Part shown: positions 38,626 to 51,890 of the stretch, piece after piece
Position numbering within the stretch: the stretch's first letter is position 1
Layout: each line of letters starts with the position of its first letter
Origin: Macrostomum lignano
Taxonomy: Eukaryota
NCBI GenBank assembly: GCA_002269645.1
Contig: NIVC01000459.1
Coordinates: forward strand, 253,760-317,759
Reading direction: 5' to 3'
Length of the DNA: 64,000 nt
Notes under the pieces: model-generated
The model's input: only the letters and a program-made list of their open reading frames with translations
The model's database searches: none
Told to the model about the DNA's origin: nothing
Made by a program: the position numbers and the translations under genes

Positions 38626-41029
38626 ATGGTTTTTATTTGATATTATTTCTTATAAGCTATTTATAACACTAGCAGATTTTAAACCAATGAAATTCCAATA
38701 TTAAATTAAATATTGAATTCTAATATAAAATTAAATATTGAATTCCAATTACCTTCAAGTCATATTAAAGTATTTGGCAATATTTTGCTCATTGAATTAT
38801 AGAAATTTATATTATTAAGTTAGGAAACCACTTTCATCTTTAGGAAAGTCTATCTTATTGTTGACAAATTTGATTTCTTCCAATTTCCTAAACTTTGGGT
38901 CTGCTGACAAATTAGATATTGGGCTCATTCCATATAAGCATGGTCGTAACATGACAGGTTATTTTTACTTATAAAATGAAATCTAATAATAGAATATACT
39001 AAACCAATATTTTAAATGAAAGATTATTTTGTCTAGAATATATTTATAGAGTTTCATATAGATATCATCATTAGTATAGATGCTATTAAACCTTAAATGA
39101 CACTTATGGTCATAACGACAGGATTTTTGACATATAGAAACTAAAAGGTAAAAGTCTTATAACATTTTTCATTTTTGATATTTTGCAATACATTTTTAAA
39201 ATTTGACTAAGAACATCTTTAGAAATCATACTCTTTTATTAGAATATATAAACTCAAAAGGCAACAAAGATACAAAAGAAAAGGCAGCCTTATGGTCGTA
39301 ACATTATGGTCGTAACATATTTTTTTCTGTCAATTCAGTAACTTTGAGGTACTAATACATTAAAAATATAATAGATTATTTGGTCACCAATGCTTTTATC
39401 TGATGATGCAAGTACTATACTTTTATCTATAGTTTGTTTCAACCTTCAAAAGCTTTCTATTTGTTTTTAAAAGGTACAAAATCTTAATGATGTCTTTTGC
39501 TTTGAAAAATGTCCAAATTTTTACAAAAATGACTTTTTGCCAATTGATAACATACTAATCCAACATTTTACCATTCCTTTATTCTTAGATTGTATATATT
39601 GCACAATATAAACATTTGGTAAAAAAATAGGCTAATTAGGCAATGGCAAGCAAAAATATTGACTTTTTTCTATTTTCCAAATATGTCCATCTTATATGGA
39701 ATGAGCCATTGGTGAATTTGGTGTAACCCAACAATGGTTTTTGATAATTGATAATAATACATTTGATAGATGTAATACTAGGCAATAAATTGGCATAAAC
39801 ACTGAAAAAGATTAAAGATTGTGTATAATCTCTATATATAAAAATCAAAACTCTGTCTATGTGTGTGTCTGTGTATATACAATTTTGATTGTTATGGACT
39901 CCGAAACTGCTCAATCAAATGATACCAAACTTTACACCCACCCTAAACTTACTACGGAGAATGTCTTATGCTACCTTTTAATTTTCTAGACTCAAGTCTT
40001 CCTATCTAAAAGTACAAAAAACTGCTCAAAATGCACATTTTTCACTAAATCCTCTATAGCACCACTCCACTTTTACCAATCTTCTTCAAATTTGACACAA
40101 ACAATTTTCAACTATTTTGACACAATTGTGTAATATTTTGAGTCTTAAAGTTAATCCTGAATAGCACTGTGCACTTTTAAAGTTAAGCTGCTATTTTTAG
40201 CGAGACAGCCACCCTAACCTCTGCCTACCTGCCTCTCTTTCCCAATCTGGGCCCAGATGTGTAAAGGGGTTTCAAAATTGACTAACTTCTGGCTGCCATA
40301 AGTTTGCTCCACATAAAGCAATTGACTTTAAACTTGACACAATTCTTCATTGACTCATTCTCTGTCTAAATGTAAAGTTACAATTCTGTAACTCATTCAG
40401 AAAAGAAACTATAAGCATGTGAAGTTTGTCTGCTTTTTCTATTGTTTGTGCCACTCACTCACTCATTCCCCCAGAGCCAGATGAAAGGTCAGGCAATAGG
40501 ATTGAATATACATAGCAAATGTACAGTGCTTTGGAATAACTTTATTTATAGCCTTTTCTGCACCCCAAGAGGCTACATTTAGCTATAACAGTTTAGTGAG
40601 AAATTCTAACCATTGCCCTCTGTATTGGCAACCTCTGCAGCAGTTTAATAGTGGATGGCAATTGGCAAATTGAGGGAATCCAGCATGGTTTGTAAAAGCG
40701 AAAGATTTATGAAAAGGCGATGCGATGCAATGCAATACAACCCAACTAAATTAGGCACATCATGGAAATTTTAGGTTTCTTTTAAAGGTACTATGTAAAT
40801 TTTAAATGGCCTTCTAAGAAATGTGTATTTCCTTGGTTGTTAGACTGATGCAGACTGCAGTGGAGCTGAAGATACACAAATTCCTTTCAGGGCTGCAAAT
40901 TAGCAAGAAAGATGACGTGATCAAAGCATGAGAACAACCATGAGAGTACTACGTCCCACAAACTGGCTTTCCAAGCAGGGATGAACAGACTTTTACCTCA
41001 AAGGCCAGATAAAGAATCCAGCTCATGGC

Positions 41030-41850
<821 letters not shown>

Positions 41851-43218
41851 ATTTTAAAGGATCCAAGGGACATAGGGAGAGTCAGGAAGAGGCCAGGGTT
41901 TGCCAATATATGTTTTAAAGTCAAACAAACATTGCCTGACATTCTGCATAGTATCCTAGCCAACAATATAAATGTTTGCCTCAAATCCTAATTTTACACG
42001 AATGTGTCTATTTTATGTCTACCTTTATCCTACTAACTATTAACAAGTAATTCTATATAGCTTTAGATTTTAGAATACATGCAAAAGTATTTCTGGGGAT
42101 TGGAATTACCTGGGTTCAAAATCCACAGGTTTCAATAGCTTGTTAATTAAACATAAAAATTAATATAATGATAGTTATTAAGTTGCTAATTAATGGTAGA
42201 GAGAGAATAAGGCCTAGATATAATAAAGATTCAATGTTGTGACTATCTTGGTCTTAGGCCTATACAATATATTTACTAGAATATTTGCCCAAACTTAAAA
42301 TTTTACATGTCTAGTACAACTTAGTTTTGTCCAGATTTGAAACTTAGTTCCTCTTGATTATGACTTAGTTCCTCCCAATTGCAACTTAGTTCCCCCCATT
42401 GCAACTTAATTTTCACTTTGTAAATGACAGGCCCTATTTCTTGCCTTTTTCTTTTTTTTTCTTTTTTTCTCTCTTCTTTCCCCTCTCTCTCTATTCCCTT
42501 TTTTCTTTTCTTTTTCTCTTCCCACTTCCTTTTCTTTCTTCTCCAAATTTTCCATTTTTTGCATTTTACCTAGGCTGGCTGGTGGCCATTTCACCTGTCC
42601 GGTTTGGATGGGTCAGACAGGTATTATGCATGTATGATATATGCCTAGGCCCTACTAGATGCTAATTAGACTTAATATCAAGTCTCAAATTTAGTCAATA
42701 AAATCTTGATTATCTCAAAAGCATAGTCTCGAAAATCTTCAAAATGTGATATCGTCCAACCCCTACTAACAAATTTAATTAAGAGAGTAGACCTACCTAG
42801 GAATCACAAAGAAATTTTGCTGGCAAAGCCCAACTCAAGCAAAGGATACCATATGTCCATAGTCTTCTATACTCTTGGACTCTAATAAGAAAGTGTGTTC
42901 ATGCAATAGTGATGCACAGACACATCCAGCATCCTGACTTTAGCTAGAATTCGAATTGTATCCTTAAATGGGAACTCGGATGCGCATTCGCATCGCACCC
43001 ACTTTCTGGTAAATCTGGACCGGTATATAAGAATTTCTTGGCAATATCAACATTTTAAAGCTTGACCAAGTCTATAATGGTGAAAACAAATATTTACAAA
43101 ACACAAAAATTAGTGGTTACATTTATAGAAAACATGGGTATGGTAAAAGTAAGTCATTTAAATTTTAAGATTTATTTGTGACCGTGACTCAGGTCGGCGC
43201 CGATCTTGGATCAGTCAG

Positions 43219-46200
43219 ACGTATTCATTTCCCGATTGACATTCAGATTCACATTCAAATTTTAACAAAGCCGCTGTAACTTTTCTTTACTTAAACGAAA
43301 CGCTTTAAAATTTTACTAAAACTGTGACCCAATCAAGAAAAAAAACTACGTAAAATATCTCGGCATTTAAAAATAGACTGTACAAATTATTCACATATAA
43401 AGTTTGTTCCTATCTCCTTAGTGTATTATTATGCAACTCAACAAAACGGCTTAAAATACACGCAGAGCTACGAAACTTTATTTTTCTCTTGACGCATGCG
43501 AGATGCGTTGGCAAGTCAAAAATCAGCACCCTAGCTTAAAGCCTGTACGAGTTATTCACCTGCAAACTGTGTTCCTATCTCTCTGTAGTGTATTTTGGGG
43601 GTCCAGCTTGACATTCGCTGACAGACACTTCTACTCAACGCAGAGCTACGAAACTTTATTTTTCTCTTGACGCATGCGAGATGCGTTGGCAAGTCAAAAA
43701 TCAGCACCCTAGCTTAAAGCCTGTACGAGTTATTCACCTGCAAACTGTGTTCCTATCTCCGTAGTGTATTTTGGGGGTCCAGCTTGACATTCGCTGACAG
43801 ACACTTCTACTCAACGCAGAGCTACGAAACTTTATTTTTCTCTTGACGCATGCGAGATGCGTTGGCAAGTCAAAAATCAGCACCCTAGCTTAAAGCCTGT
43901 ACGAGTTATTCACCTGCAAACTGTGTTCCTATCTCTCTGTAGTGTATATTTTGGGGGTCCAGCTTGACATTCGCTGACAGACACTTCTACTCAACGCAGA
44001 GCTACGAAACTTTATTTTTCTCTTGACGCATGCGAGATGCGTTGGCAAGTCAAAAATCAGCACCCTAGCTTAAAGCCTGTACGAGTTATTCACCTGCAAA
44101 CTGTGTTCCTATCTCTCTGTAGTGTATTTTGGGGGTCCAGCTTGACATTCGCTGACAGACACTTCTACTCAACGCAGAGCTACGAAACTTTATTTTTCTC
44201 TTGACGCATGCGAGATGCGTTGGCAAGTCAAAAATCAGCACCCTAGCTTAAAGCCTGTACGAGTTATTCACCTGCAAACTGTGTTCCTATCTCCGTAGTG
44301 TATTTTGGGGGTCCAGCTTGACATTCGCTGACAGACACTTCTACTCAACGCAGAGCTACGAAACTTTATTTTTCTCTTGACGCATGCGAGATGCGTTGGC
44401 AAGTCAAAAATCAGCACCCTAGCTTAAAGCCTGTACGAGTTATTCACCTGCAAACTGTGTTCCTATCTCTCTGTAGTGTATTTTGGGGGTCCAGCTTGAC
44501 ATTCGCTGACAGACACTTCTACTCAACGCAGAGCTACGAAACTTTATTTTTCTCTTGACGCATGCGAGATGCGTTGGCAAGTCAAAAATCAGCACCCTAG
44601 CTTAAAGCCTGTACGAGTTATTCTAGTATTAGAGACTGTACGAGATTACAGTATTTACGCTTTCCGCCTCTGTAGTCTGGACAGTGACTATAAGATTCAG
44701 GGAATCCAATGTGCGATCGGTTGTATTTGGCAATACAGTTGTCGATAATGACATCTAGCCGACTCGACAGAAAAGCGGAAAAGCGTAGCCAGCCTACTGG
44801 TATTTGACTGAATAGCAGTCAGTTTTCCGTGAAAGGGGCGATCCTCAGCCGATACTGGATTCTTTGAGCCTTAGGTTCACATGAAATCCCTATTTTCCCC
44901 ATTTATCCCATTCAGGGAGACCAAATGATAGAGAGATCGGTTTTCAACGATTCTTCTCTCATTGTCGGTCCAGTAGAGAGATCCGATAGAGAAACCAGCT
45001 CAATCGGCCACCACTTCCATTTCAGAGTCTTAAGTTCACATGAAATCCCCATTTTCCCCATTTATCCCATGCGGAAGCGGCTGGAGTGGAAGAAAGATCA
45101 ATTACACTTTTCTTGTCTATTTTGGGTCTGAATAGTGAGAATTTCGCAGCGGTTTGGTTGCTGGACTCACGGCATCCAAATCGCGCTTAAGTTCACATCC
45201 TCTTTGACATCGCATTACCACTTCTCACATTCTCTGGCTGGTGCAGAGCTATATAATTATCAGCTACAATTTGCTGAGTTGCCGTAATGTCTGGTTGACG
45301 AACTGCCGGTTGACGAAATGCTGGTTGACAAAATGCCCGGTCACCTCTTCATCATTCACAGAAAGAGGATCCACTGTTTAAAAAGTCTTCTGCATGGCTG
45401 CATGGTGTAGCAGACTCCCAATGAGTCCCGTTTTCGACTTCCGGGCTACACCAGATGGCTCAAACAACTCCCGATCATGAGGACCCCACTAAAGCAGCGT
45501 AAAAATGATGCGATGCGTGCTCATTAAGGGATGTGTGGCAGGGGGTCCGTACAGAAATTATTTTTAAGGCTCAGGTGGGTGACCCAGCTATGACCAGAGC
45601 CGAATTTGTGAACTTTCTATCCCGTCATATGTTTCCCATTAGATGAATTCCCTGAATCTTAGTAACTGTCCAGACTACAGAGGCGGAAAGCGTAAATACT
45701 GTAATCTAGTACAGTCTCTAATACTGGAATAACTCATGCAGGCTTTAAGCTAGGGTGCTGATTTTTGACTTGCCAACGCATCTCGCGTGCGTCAAGAGAA
45801 AAATAAAGTTTCGTAGCTCTGCGTTGAGTAGAAGTGTCTGTCAGCGAATGTCAAGCTGGACCCCCAAAATACACTACAGAGAGATAGGAACACAGTTTGC
45901 AGGTGAATAACTCGTACAGGCTTTAAGCTAGGGTGCTGATTTTTGACTTGCCAACGCATCTCGCATGCGTCAAGAGAAAAATAAAGTTTCGTAGCTCTGC
46001 GTTGAGTAGAAGTGTCTGTCAGCGAATGTCAAGCTGGACCCCCAAAATACACTACAGAGAGATAGGAACACAGTTTGCAGGTGAATAACTCGTACAGGCT
46101 TTAAGCTAGGGTGCTGATTTTTGACTTGCCAACGCATCTCGCATGCGTCAAGAGAAAAATAAAGTTTCGTAGCTCTGCGTTGAGTAGAAGTGTCTGTCAG

Positions 46201-47133
46201 CGAATGTCAAGCTGGACCCCCAAAATACACTACAGAGAGATAGGAACACAGTTTGCAGGTGAATAACTCGTACAGGCTTTAAGCTAGGGTGCTGATTTTT
46301 GACTTGCCAACGCATCTCGCATGCGTCAAGAGAAAAATAAAGTTTCGTAGCTCTGCGTTGAGTAGAAGTGTCTGTCAGCGAATGTCAAGCTGGACCCCCA
46401 AAATACACTACAGAGAGATAGGAACACAGTTTGCAGGTGAATAACTCGTACAGGCTTTAAGCTAGGGTGCTGATTTTTGACTTGCCAACGCATCTCGCAT
46501 GCGTCAAGAGAAAAATAAAGTTTCGTAGCTCTGCGTTGAGTAGAAGTGTCTGTCAGCGAATGTCAAGCTGGACCCCCAAAATACACTACAGAGAGATAGG
46601 AACACAGTTTGCAGGTGAATAACTCGTACAGGCTTTAAGCTAGGGTGCTGATTTTTGACTTGCCAACGCATCTCGCATGCGTCAAGAGAAAAATAAAGTT
46701 TCGTAGCTCTGCGTTGAGTAGAAGTGTCTGTCAGCGAATGTCAAGCTGGACCCCCAAAATACACTACAGAGAGATAGGAACACAGTTTGCAGGTGAATAA
46801 CTCGTACAGGCTTTAAGCTAGGGTGCTGATTTTTGACTTGCCAACGCATCTCGCATGCATCAAGAGAAAAATAAAGTTTCGTAGCTCTGCGTGTATTTTA
46901 AGCCGTTTTGTTGAGTTGCATAATAATACACTAAGGAGATAGGAACAAACTTTATATGTGAATAATTTGTACAGTCTATTTTTAAATGCCGAGATATTTT
47001 ACGTAGTTTTTTTTCTTGATTGCGTCACAGTTTTAGTAAAATTTTAAAGCGTTTCGTTTAAGTAAAGAAAAGTTACAGCGGCTTTGTTAAAATTTGAATG
47101 TGAATCTGAATGTCAATCGGGAAATGAATACGT
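43219..47133. mobile_element. Non-autonomous foldback/Mutator-like element, 3915 bp, ~1.49-kb inverted arms each containing 6-7 copies of a 178-bp tandem repeat
   Basis: Left end ACGTATTCATTTCCCGATTGAC matches the reverse complement of the right end. Exact 9-bp TSD ATCAGTCAG at 43210-43218 and 47134-47142. Arms end internally near 44707 and 45648. No transposase ORF. Confidence 0.9.
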
Positions 47134-47324
47134 ATCAGTCAGTCAGTCTCAAAATATTAAACAAAGATCAAAGTAAAACAAAACTAAAATTGTATTGATA
47201 TTAAAGATAGAGGCTTTTTAAAAATACATAAAAAACTAGGAATTTTTACATATCGATGTCTAAGAGAGAAGTTTTAATAATTAAAAATCTAAATATTGTC
47301 TTATATTGAGGATATGCAACGTGC

Positions 47325-48658
47325 CGACTTAAGTCGACTTAAGTAGAAGGACGGAAAACCTCGTTTCTTAGAAAGTTTTAGAAGGCAGGTTTTCCGGTCC
47401 ATGAGAATTTCCCGCAGACAAATTGCCCGCCGAGATTTGCCCGCAGGAGATTTGCCAGTGGAGATTTGCCCGCCGAGCTTTTCCCGCGGAGATTTGCCCG
47501 CAGTGCATTTTGCCCGTGAGCGAATTGCCCGTGGAGATTTGCCCGCCGAGATTTGCCCGCAGTGCAATTTGCCCGCGAGCGAGTTGCCCGCCGAGTTTTT
47601 TCCCGCCGAGGTTTGCCCGCAATGCTTTTTTCCTGCAGCGCATTTAGCCACGCGGCAGATTTTGTCTGCATTGCCTTCCCAATGCTTAGTAAATCTCAAT
47701 AAAGAGATTTACATGATCAAAACGTTTTGATAGTAACTGCATATCAAATGCATATTTTTTTTGGGGGGGGGCAATGCAGACAGAATCTAGCTGCCAAATG
47801 CGCTGCGGGAAAAAAGTATTGCGGGCAAACCTCGGCGGGAAAAAACTCGGCGGGCAACTCGCTCGCGGGCAAATTGCACTGCGGGCAAATCTCCGCGGGA
47901 AAAGCTCGGCGGGCAAATCTCCACGGGCAAATCTCCTGCCGGCAAATCTCGGCGGGCAATTCGTCTGCGGGCATTTCTCGTGCTCCCAGGTTTTCCCGAA
48001 AAAATACACTACCGAAAAAGGAAGTTTTCATTTTTTTAGTACAAAAATTGTTATTGCTTTTGATAGGAGGCAGATCCAGTGTTCATCTTTTGATATGTTG
48101 TGCCTTTCTTATTGCTCTATATCGATCGTAAAGCTTTTCGTTCAAAAAATTAGTATTCTATGTAAATTTTTATTCAACGTTTTTTGCTGTACCTAAAACT
48201 CATAAAAATGCATAGCACAGCTCCATTCTATGGTTTTATGAACCTATTTTATCATCTCTGTTACACATTTGTTACACAGTCAGCTAAGAATGATAAAATA
48301 GAATCATAAAGCCAAAGAGACGAGCCGGCCGTGCAATTTTAATGGTTTTAGGCACAAGACACGTGCAAATGTACGTAGAATAAAAAATTAACATCTAAAT
48401 ATACTAAATCTCTAAGGTTTGTATGCTTAGAATCCTAATTTTTTGAACGAAAAGCTGTATGAGTATCAGAATATCAATCGAGCAATAAGAAAGGCACAAC
48501 ATATCAAAAGATGAACTGTCTCCTATCAAAAGCAATTAACAATTTTTGTTGTAAAAAAATGAAAACTTCCTATCTCCATAGTGTATTTTTTCAGGAAAAC
48601 CTGCCTTGTAAAATTTTCTAAGAAACGAGGTTTCCCGTCCTTCTACTCCAGTCGTCCT
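47325..48658. mobile_element. Mutator-like foldback MITE (outer element)
   Basis: Inverted ends AGTAGAAGGACGGAAAACCTCGTTTCTTAGAAA (47342) and its complement (~48594-48647); inner inverted arms 47990-48210 vs 48390-48600; flanking direct repeat TGCAACGTGC (47315-47324, 48659-48668). Confidence 0.65.
47396..47986. mobile_element. Mutator-like MITE nested in the left arm of the previous element
   Basis: GG...CC termini, long inverted arms made of GCCCGC-containing subrepeats, and a 10-bp direct repeat CAGGTTTTCC at 47386-47395 and 47987-47996. Confidence 0.75.
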
Positions 48659-49699
48659 TGCAACGTGCATGCATATTTACCAATTTACCACTTCACACGT
48701 CATATCGCATCACATTGTTATCACGGACCACTATAGTACTAGCAAGGACCACTGTATACAGTGGTCTTTGAGTACACAGGCTTTACGAACATATATAATA
48801 GTTAATAAATGCATATTCTACAGGCTTCCAGACAATAAAAATTTCCTGGCAAATGGCACAACTGCCCGATCGTAAGGGTCCATCGTGCTTTACATGCATG
48901 TACTCGTATTTCCAGATTATTTTTGTGTCTGTCAGTGTCGAAATCTTAAACAAGGATCAAAGAAAAACAAAAATTAAACTGAATACGATCGAGCTATTAT
49001 ACCAACTAGATAAATCCAGCTTGAGCATATTCAACCGAAATTTCGCAGGAGGATCACCAGCAGTCACGGGATGCGGCGTCTCATATAGAGCTCGAGAAGA
49101 TTCTGGAAAGCGCTGAACTATGCTCTGGATGCCGTGATAATCCTAGAAAAAGATTGCATTATACAGTGAAGCTGCTGCTGCTGCGTATGAATTAAGAAGA
49201 AAGCAAACTCTAAATTTCTACAAAGTGCGACATGTTCGATTTGCTTTGAATTTCGTCATCGAGCAGAAGCTCAACAGCCCAGAAAATAGACCTGCACCAG
49301 CCATCTGCTTCACTCGTTTCCGAGACAACCTTGCCAAGTACCCTAAGTACATGTACATGTATGCAAATAGAAATTCTTTTTTATTTTTGAATGGTGAGCT
49401 GATCGACAAGCAAATACCAAGCTCCAATTTCCTACCAGCTGCTGCACAGCAAGATTGTACTCTGTCATCAAGCCTCCCCCCAGAAATTGCCGGGGAATGG
49501 ACGCCCAGCGCCTCTCTGTCCGGGATAGTGAAAAAATCCGTGGCGAACACCACTGCACACAGCTCACACCATCGGCCGTGAGGCCCCTGCAAGTCGCACC
49601 GTTGTGCTGAGGATCATCTGTATCCATGGCTTTTGGGATTCTGAGCTTCTGTGCCCTCAAAATACTTCCCTCAGCTTCGATGCAAAGCTGTATCCGCAT

Positions 49700-51890
49700 A
49701 CGCCAAGTCTGGAAACAGCTGAGGTACTAATTTGACGCGGGAAAACTCTCCGGTTACTGATCTGACCGCACGCGAGTTCTTCATTGTGAAGAAAATACAA
49801 CATATTGACCCTGCAAGCAGAGGACCGTTGTGCAGAGGATCTTCTGGCTTCTGGCATTCTTGAGCTTCCTGGGCCTTCTGCTAAACACCTGTACCGTCTA
49901 CATTCGACGCCTGAACAGTCCGAGCGTAAGGTCAGAGTTCCAAGCGGAAAAGGTTCCATTCGAGTTCCCGATGTCTACTTTTGCAACAGTCTCCAAGCCG
50001 CTGGCTCGTTTATCTACCGACCAGCGGCGTCGCCAACGGGGGGGGGGGGACAGGGGGGCCAATTCTTTGTCCCCCCACTCCACCCTGTGAACCGTTATGG
50101 AAATCAATAATTTTTCTGCAGGGCGACAATACATAGTGCTTGCGGCGCTAAAATGAGTGCCTGCGGCGCTAAAATGAGTGCCTGCGGCGCTAAAATGAGT
50201 GCCTGCGGCGCTAAAATGAGTGGCTGCGGCGCCAAAATGAGTAACCTGCGGCGCTAAAATGAGTGCCTGCGGCGCTAAAATGAGTGCCTGCGGCGCTAAA
50301 ATGAGTGCCTGCGGCGCTAAAATGAGTGGCTGCGGCGCCAAAATGAGTAACCTGCGGCGCCAAAATGAGTGCTGACAACACCGATTCTGAAAATAATGTA
50401 CATGTAAGAATTTTGTCATGTACACGTACTAGTATAATTATTGGCTTTGTCCCCCCCCACCATAAAATCCATGGCGACGCCCCTGCTACCGACTGAACAG
50501 GTCAGAGGCGGACCAGGTGAACATACCGGTCGATGCTGCTCAGACTGCATTCGATGCCGCTCTCGGATCTCTGAATGCGTCGGAGAGTGAAAACACAACA
50601 CTGCGCGAACTTCGGCCAACAAGCTTGATCCAGTCTCTGCCCTACAGAACTCTGGCGGACATTGTGGGTCAGAGAAAGCTGCAGACATTCTACGGAAACT
50701 ACGGAATCTTCAGTGCAGGCTCAGATCGCAGTCTGAATTCCCCGATCGCGGTAGAGACGCTGTTCCACCCGAACCATCTGAAGTGCTTCAAGCTTGCCCT
50801 CACCGATGCTGAGTTATCTCGGATGCAGAATACGAACAACAGATTGCAGCTCGACCTGCTTCTCGATCCTTACTTCTTTGACTTCGATAAGCTTGGCCTG
50901 TTTTCAAACCATACAGACCGGCTTCCAACAATGTCTGTTGTCGTATCTGGTCATCAGATAACATTATATCCATTCGACTGGAACCTGGAGAATCCGATCG
51001 GGTTCGATAAAGGCAGCGGAATGTATCTCTACCTGACGCCCAGAGGTCACTACCCGTCTCGATTCACCTCTAATGTGATCAGCCTGGGTCCCGGTCGAGC
51101 CTACGACGTCTCCATCGCAATGCAAGATGCCCAGATGACACCGGCGGACTTTCCCGGCCAGTGCGTTGAGAAACACGACGACCCAGTTCTGTTCTTGAAC
51201 CCGTACAACGGCGCCGCAGATGCGTTCAGCTACAGCGAGGCTCACTGCTACTATTCGGAGATGGCGAGGGACAGACAGCAGAGGTACAACTGCAGCCCGA
51301 CACCTGAGCCTACAACCTGGGAGTTTAGACATCTCCCTCTGTGCCTGAACCTCACAGCGGCTGAAACTGAAGAAGCAATTCATCGAAACATGAAGGCGTC
51401 CGTGAAAGCGCGTCTGGATGTCGATGGCGGCAACAGCTCCAAGTCCGACTCGTGCTCCGCGAAGCGACTGTGCAAGCGACGCGCTGACTCCGTGACGTCA
51501 TCTTATGGAATGTGGCCGAACCAAGCCAAGTCTCGTTCGTCATTTCTGAAATGCACGAGTAAATCGCAGTTCATATGAATCAAAGTTGGCGTTAAAAACA
51601 CTTCAGCTCTCTGGTAAAGCACTGATACGCGTTCAATTAGAGACCGGAGTGTCGCGTTGCTTCCATCGAGAGAGTCACATTGAGAAGCAGGTAGAGGCAA
51701 CTCAAAGCTCTCCGACAGCAGCAGTCTTAACTATACTATCGGCTTGGTCAGTTCGTCGCGGAAGTTGGCAGTTGCACTTGGCCTTGTATCTTGGCTTGAC
51801 ATCCATGCCATAATTAGCTCTGAATAAATTTACGAGTACATGTGTATCAAGTTCTATGAAGCCTATCATCGAGGCTATATCGATGTCTGT
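49700..51890 (+). pseudogene. Disrupted DEG/ENaC (ASIC/FaNaC-like) channel gene
   Basis: TM1 RIFWLLAFLSFLGLLL..., post-TM1 EFP/DVYFCN, HPNHLKCF, PGRAYDVSI, YSEAHC, GMWP, and TM2-like QFVAEVGS/LALYLGLTS fragments. These are spread over different frames by several 1-nt indels and split by a hAT MITE. Confidence 0.75.
50022..50485. mobile_element. hAT-superfamily MITE, 464 bp, with internal 21-bp tandem repeat
   Basis: TIRs CAGCGGCGTCGCCA / TGGCGACGCCCCTG (13/14 match); exact 8-bp TSD CTACCGAC at 50014-50021 and 50486-50493; internal (TGCGGCGCTAAAATGAGTGCC)n. Confidence 0.92.

Noticed and set aside
49218-49600. ORF 49225-49581 as part of the DEG/ENaC gene or a LINE ORF1
   Set aside because: It lies upstream of the TM1 segment, with no convincing motif; it is left unassigned.
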